From Thermoproteota archaeon (GTDB lineage: Archaea > Thermoproteota > EX4484-205 > JAAOZP01), in assembly GCA_038850115.1 (NCBI GenBank), contig JAWCMB010000004.1, forward strand, positions 7,091 through 71,090: a DNA stretch of 64,000 nt, written 5' to 3'. The position numbers and the translations under genes were made by a program. The notes beneath the pieces are model-generated. The model worked only from the letters and a program-made list of their open reading frames with translations, had not been told where the DNA came from and searched no databases. Of this stretch, positions 57,913 to 64,000 are shown in pieces. Positions within the stretch are counted from its first letter, which is position 1, and every line of letters begins with the position of its first letter.

Positions 57913-58817
57913 CTGCCTCAATACTGGCTGAAGCCGTTAGAGCCGGAACGCCGCTAATGCTCGCGACTCTGGGAGAAATATACTGTGAAAGATCCGGGGT
58001 TTTAAACCTTGGACTCGACGGCGTGATGACGATGGGAGCCTTAGCGGGCTTTGCCGCAACATGGCTCACAGGGTCAGTCTGGATTGGCCTGGCTGTAGCA
58101 ATGCTAGCCGGAGGCCTATTCTCTCTCATACATGCGTTCACAAGCATAAGCCTCGGAGTTAACCAGACTGTTTCAGGCCTAGCTCTCGCGATGCTCGGGA
58201 CAGGAGTCAGCAGCCTCTTGGGAGCAAAATACGTAGGGCAGCCCCTTAGAGACAGCCTTCCAATCCTCCAAATACCAGTTTTGTCAGAAATACCTTTGGC
58301 AGGCGGCCTCTTCTGCCATGACCCGGTTGTGTATCTGGGAATAGTGCTTTCAATATTAATGTGGCTTATCCTGTTTAAAACAAGGCTTGGAATAACAGTG
58401 AGGGCCGTAGGGGAGAAGCCTGAGGCTGCAGACGCTGCAGGAGTCAACGTGTACTTGGTAAGATACTTATGTGTTTTTCTAGGTGGAATACTTGGCGGCC
58501 TCGGCGGCGCTTACGTAACCCTCTCCTATACTCCAGGCTGGAGGGAGGGCGTGATGATGGGCAGAGGATGGATAGCCCTAGCGCTCACAATATTCTCCCT
58601 TTGGAACCCTCTTGGAAGCTTGATTGGAGCATACCTTTTCGGAGGGGTTGAAGTACTCCAGTTTCACCTTCAGGAATACGGGGTTCCGGCAAGCCTGCTC
58701 GGCACGCTCCCATATGTTTCCACAATCATAGTGCTGGTTGCCAGCTCACTGGGCTTATTGAGAAAAAGGCTTGGCGCACCCGCAGCACTGGGCGCACCGT
58801 ATAGAAGGGAAGGTTAA
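57903..58817 (+). CDS. ABC transporter permease (second subunit)
   Basis: It is polytopic and hydrophobic. It overlaps the previous permease gene by 10 nt. Confidence 0.85.
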   Translation: MDIAASILAEAVRAGTPLMLATLGEIYCERSGVLNLGLDGVMTMGALAGFAATWLTGSVWIGLAVAMLAGGLFSLIHAFTSISLGVNQTVSGLALAMLGTGVSSLLGAKYVGQPLRDSLPILQIPVLSEIPLAGGLFCHDPVVYLGIVLSILMWLILFKTRLGITVRAVGEKPEAADAAGVNVYLVRYLCVFLGGILGGLGGAYVTLSYTPGWREGVMMGRGWIALALTIFSLWNPLGSLIGAYLFGGVEVLQFHLQEYGVPASLLGTLPYVSTIIVLVASSLGLLRKRLGAPAALGAPYRREG

Positions 58818-58902
58818 CGTCTCCATATTCTAAATTTAAGCAGCATGTTAAAGCAGGTTTACACTCAAAACCTTTATTATAGGTTCCAATATTGTTTTCT
58901 TC

Positions 58903-59919
58903 ATGAGGAAGGTTAGAATAGGAATTGTTGGAGTTGGAATCCAAGGCGAGCAACAGTTAAAATCATTCAAAAAGATAGAGCACGCCGAGGTTCTGGCAGT
59001 CGCCGACCTGAATGAGAAAAGGGCTAGAGAGATTGGAGAAAAATACGGCGTCTCAAGAATATACGCTGATTTTCAAGACCTTGCTAAGGATCCTGATATT
59101 GAAGCGGTATCCGTCTGCACGCCGGACCACCTGCACTCAGAGCCTGCTCTCACGGCTCTTGAAAACAATAAGCATCTTCTCATAGAAAAGCCTCTTGCAA
59201 CAAACGTGTCTGACGCGCAGAAGATAGTCGACGAGGCGAGTAAACGCAGCCTCAAGCTGATGGTCAACTTCAGCAACAGGTGGAGCCCTCCTTTCCGGTT
59301 AGCTAAAGACACGATAGAGGCCAGTGGGATAGGTAAAATCATTAACGCGTACGCGCGTCTAAGCGACACAATATATGTTCCAACCGAAATGATAAAATGG
59401 TCGGATAAGACTAATGTTCTCTGGTTTCTCGGAAGCCATGTTTTCGACCTACTGAGATGGCTGTTCAATGACGAAGCTAAAAGAGTCTTCGGGGTTTCAA
59501 GGTCGGTTGTGCTGAACGCAAGGGGAATCAAGACCCAAGACTTCTACCAGGCTGTAATCGAGTTTCAAAATGGAATCACCGCTGTGATGGAGAACAGCTG
59601 GATTCTCCCAAAGGGAGAGCCATTCATAGTGGATTTTAAAATGGAGATTTTCGGGGAAAAGGGTGCATTGAGAATAGATAGGACGCACCACGGCAGCATG
59701 AGGATTGTGAACGAACATAGAATGATGTTTCCAGACGTGTATGTCTTGCCATCTGAAAACATCAGTGTGTTTCTAAAGGCTGGACTAGAATGCTTCGTAG
59801 ACTGTTTGATACATGATTCAACACCTCCAGTAACCGGTGAAGATGGTCTTATCGTAACGAAAGTTATAAGTGCCATTATTAAGTCAAGTGAAATAGGTAT
59901 GCCTGTTGAAATCAGCTGA
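58903..59919 (+). CDS. Gfo/Idh/MocA-family NAD(P)-dependent oxidoreductase
   Basis: It has the N-terminal Rossmann motif VRIGIVGVGIQG and the EKPLA motif. Confidence 0.85.
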   Translation: MRKVRIGIVGVGIQGEQQLKSFKKIEHAEVLAVADLNEKRAREIGEKYGVSRIYADFQDLAKDPDIEAVSVCTPDHLHSEPALTALENNKHLLIEKPLATNVSDAQKIVDEASKRSLKLMVNFSNRWSPPFRLAKDTIEASGIGKIINAYARLSDTIYVPTEMIKWSDKTNVLWFLGSHVFDLLRWLFNDEAKRVFGVSRSVVLNARGIKTQDFYQAVIEFQNGITAVMENSWILPKGEPFIVDFKMEIFGEKGALRIDRTHHGSMRIVNEHRMMFPDVYVLPSENISVFLKAGLECFVDCLIHDSTPPVTGEDGLIVTKVISAIIKSSEIGMPVEIS

Positions 59920-60030
59920 ACAAGCCTAAATTTCTTTTATTCGCTAGATCGACGCTATGCCGAATCAGGAATGTCCTGAGTTTTAATCCTTTTGAAAAGA
60001 TTAAATCCAGCATAATCAGAAAAACTCGAG

Positions 60031-61116
60031 ATGAATCCGAGAGAAAGATGCATCAAATCTATCGAGTTTGAGGAAATAGACAAGGTACCGACCGTCCTTA
60101 GAGCAAGGCCGGAGGTCATTTCCATTCTTGAGCAACACCTTAACGTCAACGGGTTCGACAATATCTGTTCCAAACTTGATGTGGATGTTAGGTTTGCGCC
60201 AGCTATCGGCTTAACCGGTGGATATGTTCCCGAGGGAGTCGAAGTCAAGGAAGGACCGTATGAGGCTGCTTACACGATTGGATACGGTGGGGAGTACGAG
60301 CTTAGGAAAGATAGGTGGGGAATAATAAGTAAATGGTCGAACAAAACCTATACCTATCAGTATGTCGATCATCCTTTAAGGACTATAGAGCTTGAAGATT
60401 ACAGCTGGCCTGACGTTGACGAAGGCTCTTTAGAACATGTAGAAAAATATAGAAGGAGTAATGAAAATTTTTGCGTTTACGGCGGCGTGATACACCTCTT
60501 CGAAATCGCGTGGCAATTGACAGGTTTCAACAAGCTCATGGTGATGATGAGGAGGAACGACCCCAAAGTGGAACGAATTCTCGATATGCTTAACGATATA
60601 CGTTTGAGACAGGCACAACTATTACTAGAAGCTGACGTGGATGTCATTTATGATGGTGACGATGTGGGTGCTCAGAACACCATGATACTGTCTCCAACCA
60701 TCTGGAGAAAGTTTCTCAAACCTAGGTACAGGTTCCTGTCGGATTTAATCCATACTAAGGGTAAGTATTTCTTCTTCCACAGCGACGGGTGGATTGAGCC
60801 TATAATTCAGGATTTGGTTGAAATAGGTGTTGACATACTCAACCCGGTTCAACCAGAAACCATGGATCCCGTCAGGATAAGAGAACTATGCGGAAACAGG
60901 ATGGCGTTCGAAGGAACGCTTTCGATACAAAGAACGCTTCCCTTCGGGAGCGTCGAGGACGTGAGAAAAGAGGTTAGAAAAAGAATTAGGGGCCTCGGGT
61001 CAACCGGGCTAATCCTGGGGCCCTCACACTCCCTGCAACCAGACACTTCCTTAGAAAACATACTTGCAATCTATGACACTGTGAAACAAGAATCATTAAA
61101 CCACCCCACCCCCTAA
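60031..61116 (+). CDS. Uroporphyrinogen-decarboxylase (URO-D)-fold family protein
   Basis: FFHSDGWIEPII.DL.E.GVDILNPVQPE is typical of URO-D/MtaA-like TIM barrels. Its function is unknown. Confidence 0.7.
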   Translation: MNPRERCIKSIEFEEIDKVPTVLRARPEVISILEQHLNVNGFDNICSKLDVDVRFAPAIGLTGGYVPEGVEVKEGPYEAAYTIGYGGEYELRKDRWGIISKWSNKTYTYQYVDHPLRTIELEDYSWPDVDEGSLEHVEKYRRSNENFCVYGGVIHLFEIAWQLTGFNKLMVMMRRNDPKVERILDMLNDIRLRQAQLLLEADVDVIYDGDDVGAQNTMILSPTIWRKFLKPRYRFLSDLIHTKGKYFFFHSDGWIEPIIQDLVEIGVDILNPVQPETMDPVRIRELCGNRMAFEGTLSIQRTLPFGSVEDVRKEVRKRIRGLGSTGLILGPSHSLQPDTSLENILAIYDTVKQESLNHPTP

Positions 61117-61193
61117 GGCCCTTGTTAAAACCAGCTCATCCACTCGTGTTTTTACAATAGCATGGTTTCAACCCAGTTAGTGGTAAGCTTTAA

Positions 61194-62423
61194 ATGAATG
61201 GTTGCAGAAATACTTGTATGCTGGCGGTAAACAGGGGGAAACCAACTCGAACCAAGCCTTGGCCGGCGTGGCCAGTCTACGACGAAAGAGAGTTGAAGGC
61301 CCTTGAAGAAACTTTGAAAAGCAGGTTTTGGGGAGGAGGGGTTGGGGAAAGCGGGCCAAGGGAAAAAGAGTTTGAAGAAAAATTCTCCAGGTTCCACGGC
61401 TGCGACTATGGGGTTTGCGTCTCAAGCGGTACAGAAGCCTTACACCTGGCTCTCCTTTCAATCGGAGTGGGTCCTGAAGACGAAGTGATAGTGCCTGCTC
61501 TCACGTTCTGGGCGACGGGAAGCGCGGTCTTAATGACTGGAGGAAACCCAGTCATAGTGGATGTTGATCCTGAGACATATTGCATGAGCGTTGAAGAGGT
61601 TGAAAACAGCATTACGAGCCGAACTAAGGCCATAATCCCAGTCTACAATTATGGAGGCGCTCCAGATATGGATAAGCTATCAGAAATCGCGGAGAATCAT
61701 GGTCTTGCGTTAATAGAGGATTGTGCGAGAGCCCATGGCTTCATGTGGAGAAATAAGCCGGCGGGGTCGATTGGAGACATTGGCTGCTTCAGCTTCCAGC
61801 AGGGTAAGCTCATGACTGCGGGGGAGGGGGGAATCATAATAACCAACAATAGGCTTTACGCTGAGAGATGTAGAGCATTAAGAACATGCGGAAGAATAAG
61901 AGGAGACGACGTGTACAACGTGGGGATCGACTATTGGTGGAACTGGTGGAATTTCAGGATGACGCAGTTTCAAGCAGCAATACTGCTGGTCCAGTTGGAA
62001 AGGCTTGAGGAGCAGACGAAAACTAGGCAGGCGAACAGCGAATACTTAAGCAGGAGGCTGAGTGAAATCGATGGGGTCACTCCACTTAAGATAGATGAAA
62101 GGCTAACCAGACACCAGCCTTGGCCATACCTGTTTAAATATGACTCGAAATGCTTTGGAAATGTTTCTGTTGGGAGGTTCGTGGAGGCTCTTAAGGCTGA
62201 GGGGGTTCCATGCGGAGGAATAGACCACCCGCCTCTCAACATGACGTTAACAGCCCACGGCTCTGGGTCGCGAATAGTAAGAAAGCCAAAGTATCCTGTG
62301 GCGGAGGCTGCTATTCAGGAAGCCGTTACGTTACCGCAATCAATATTCTTAGGGGATAGAGAAGACATGGATGATATAGTGGAGGCCATAGTTAAAATCA
62401 AAAACCATTCCAGCGAGCTATAG
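61194..62423 (+). CDS. DegT/DnrJ/EryC1/StrS-family PLP-dependent aminotransferase. The likely start is a downstream ATG (MLAVNRG...).
   Basis: It contains SSGTEALHLAL, FSFQQGKLMTAGEGG (PLP Lys context) and PVYNYGG. Confidence 0.85.
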   Translation: MNGCRNTCMLAVNRGKPTRTKPWPAWPVYDERELKALEETLKSRFWGGGVGESGPREKEFEEKFSRFHGCDYGVCVSSGTEALHLALLSIGVGPEDEVIVPALTFWATGSAVLMTGGNPVIVDVDPETYCMSVEEVENSITSRTKAIIPVYNYGGAPDMDKLSEIAENHGLALIEDCARAHGFMWRNKPAGSIGDIGCFSFQQGKLMTAGEGGIIITNNRLYAERCRALRTCGRIRGDDVYNVGIDYWWNWWNFRMTQFQAAILLVQLERLEEQTKTRQANSEYLSRRLSEIDGVTPLKIDERLTRHQPWPYLFKYDSKCFGNVSVGRFVEALKAEGVPCGGIDHPPLNMTLTAHGSGSRIVRKPKYPVAEAAIQEAVTLPQSIFLGDREDMDDIVEAIVKIKNHSSEL

Positions 62424-62448
62424 TTTCTCCTGGTTTAAACTATTACGG

Positions 62449-63018
62449 TTAAAGATTGCCGCGATAATACTCGGTCGCTGGGCATCCTACGCACTCCTCA
62501 TATTTATACCTGTTGCAGGAATTGCAATTCACGCCGCACGGCGCCTCTTTCAAACCCCTATGTGTCAAACCTATTCTTACGGGCATAAGCGGGGAATAGC
62601 CGATGTCTTTTATCTGGTAGAACTCTGACCTACGTATCCCCCTTCCGCTTCTCAAAGAGCATTTCCCCATGGAGATGCTTTCTAGGGTTCCTTGGTTTTC
62701 AGCCGCTATTAAAGCCATCATGTTGTATCCACCGATCATCGTGAAAATGTAGATTATTCGGGGGCATTCCTCCAAGCGTTTAAGAAGCCTCTGCGTGGTT
62801 TCAAAACCGTCTGTTTCAATCAGGACTATGGCTAAACGCATGTTGAAATGCTTCAGGTTCATTTGAGCCGACACTTTGATCGCGTTCTCCTCAAGGAGTT
62901 TTTCAAGCCTCTTCTTAACCCCCATGCTAGTATAACCGGTTATTCTCCTCAGTTTCTCTAGGGTTGTACGGCCGTCGACCTGCAGCTGGGATATTAGTTT
63001 CCTATCGACCTGGTCCAT
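62449..63018 (-). CDS. Lrp/AsnC-family regulator with a C-terminal Cys-rich (DUF3795-like) extension
   Basis: The N-terminal HTH is LDQVDRKLISQLQVDGRTTLEKL. An RAM-like core follows. The C-terminus is CGVNCNSCNRYKYEECVGC. Confidence 0.75.
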   Translation of the reverse strand: MDQVDRKLISQLQVDGRTTLEKLRRITGYTSMGVKKRLEKLLEENAIKVSAQMNLKHFNMRLAIVLIETDGFETTQRLLKRLEECPRIIYIFTMIGGYNMMALIAAENQGTLESISMGKCSLRSGRGIRRSEFYQIKDIGYSPLMPVRIGLTHRGLKEAPCGVNCNSCNRYKYEECVGCPATEYYRGNL

Positions 63019-63021
63019 TAT

Positions 63022-63069
63022 TGTTTAGATTTTAAACAGAAGATATAAATATTGTTTACGATTTAAACC
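63022..63069. promoter_or_regulatory. Two TGTTTA-N5-TAAAC dyads flanking a TATA-like box in the divergent lrp/mrp promoter
   Basis: TGTTTAGATTTTAAACA lies at 63022-63038. ATATAAAT lies at 63043-63050. TGTTTACGATTTAAAC lies at 63053-63068. The dyad centres are 31 bp apart. Confidence 0.4.
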
Positions 63070-63076
63070 GCTAATC

Positions 63077-64000
63077 ATGGGTAGGGTGCCGCAAGAACAG
63101 CATACTGGTTTTAAAAGAGAAGGATTGGAGGAGCAGGAGAAAAGGCTCCGGGAGAGAATGAGCAAGGTTAGGCACAAGGTTGCAGTGATCAGCGGCAAGG
63201 GTGGAGTGGGTAAAACAATGGTGACGGTGAACCTGGCGGTGGTTTTCGCTAAGAAGAGTACTCCGGGTAAAGTGGGCATTCTAGACGCAGATATTCATGG
63301 CCCATGCGTACCTAGGATGATTGGCATGAAGGGGGATATTCTCAGAATAAGCCCAATCGGAGCCTTCCCCGCAACAGGCCCCTTAGGGATTAAAGTCGTC
63401 TCAATAGATTTCCTACTGCCTAGTCAGGAGACACCGGTTATATGGCGCGGCCCCCTTAAAATGTCGGCGATCAGACAATTCCTGTCCGACATTACTTGGG
63501 GCGAGCTCGACCTCCTCCTCATCGACCTGCCTCCCGGAACTGGTGACGAGGCGCTAAGCGTCATGCAGCTACTGCCGGAGATGGATGGCGTGGTCATCGT
63601 CACAATACCGTCAGAGGTTTCTCAAGACGTGGTTAAGAAGGCGGTGATGTTCGCGAGGGAGCTTAACATACCGGTCATAGGCGTGGTTGAGAACATGAGT
63701 GGCTTAATATGCCCCAACTGCGGGACGAGAATAGATGTTTTCAAAACAGGAGGAGGGGAGGCAATGTCTAGAGAACTGGGGATTGATTTCCTGGGGAAAA
63801 TCCCTTTGGACCCGCGTATATGCGAGGCGTCCGACGAGGGCATGCCCTTCATAATAAACCAGGAGGATTCACCTGCAGCCAAATCCTTTGCCGAAATAGC
63901 TGAGAAAATATGGAGGTTCCTTTCTGAAAAAGGCGGTGTTGAAAAAAAGACGCGTCCCGAGCATGTTCGTGGCACGGATAAAAATAGATTAAGAAATACG
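63077..64000 (+). CDS. Mrp/ApbC/NBP35-family Fe-S cluster carrier ATPase, partial because it runs off the window end
   Basis: My own translation gives ...KVAVISGKGGVGKTMVTVNLA...DADIHGPCVP...LIDLPPGTGDE...ENMSGLICPNCG... There is no stop before base 64000. It is absent from the ORF track. Confidence 0.85.
   Translation, partial: MGRVPQEQHTGFKREGLEEQEKRLRERMSKVRHKVAVISGKGGVGKTMVTVNLAVVFAKKSTPGKVGILDADIHGPCVPRMIGMKGDILRISPIGAFPATGPLGIKVVSIDFLLPSQETPVIWRGPLKMSAIRQFLSDITWGELDLLLIDLPPGTGDEALSVMQLLPEMDGVVIVTIPSEVSQDVVKKAVMFARELNIPVIGVVENMSGLICPNCGTRIDVFKTGGGEAMSRELGIDFLGKIPLDPRICEASDEGMPFIINQEDSPAAKSFAEIAEKIWRFLSEKGGVEKKTRPEHVRGTDKNRLRNT

Noticed and set aside
63622-63975. A 117-aa minus-strand ORF and the 84-aa ORF at 63025-63279
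   Set aside because: 63622-63975 is antisense to the clearly conserved Mrp/NBP35 gene, which runs off the window. 63025-63279 is antisense to its 5' end and also spans the lrp/mrp spacer.

Overview
This is a 64-kb chromosomal segment of a thermophile-like archaeon, roughly 47% GC by eye. Genes are densely packed and mostly housekeeping. I support about 55 CDS, and two of them run off the window ends and are absent from the ORF track. There are 8 tRNA genes. One has a canonical 15-nt intron, one has an intron in the D-loop and one has an intron in the T-loop. The eighth is 137 nt long and I could not fold it into a standard tRNA. A replication origin with ORB-like repeats, a polypurine tract and an AT-rich unwinding element sits directly upstream of orc1/cdc6. 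The only mobile-element trace is a decayed scar next to the anomalous tRNA, made of a HerA-like ATPase fragment abutting a TnpB C-terminal fragment. The core content includes the PolD large subunit, GGGP synthase, SRP54, Pus10, L21e, Rpo4/F, aIF5A, GatB, archaeal SAM synthetase, AlaRS, LeuRS, HisRS, an EndA-family subunit and ProBA. Saccharolytic functions are GH42, GH3, a clan GH-A hydrolase, NagB, and a BMP-type ABC transporter followed by sugar-modifying enzymes. PolD together with an Elf1 homologue, a parvulin and non-canonical tRNA introns points to a non-Thermoprotei TACK-type lineage, which is an inference. No CRISPR array, rRNA or clear defence island was found. The most unusual items are the anomalous tRNA-like gene, an adenylate-kinase-like/NDT-or-TIR-like fusion protein, a His-less EndA subunit, and an Lrp regulator with a DUF3795-like Cys motif beside an Fe-S carrier gene. 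Many ORF-track starts are TTG or GTG, so true starts may lie at downstream ATGs.
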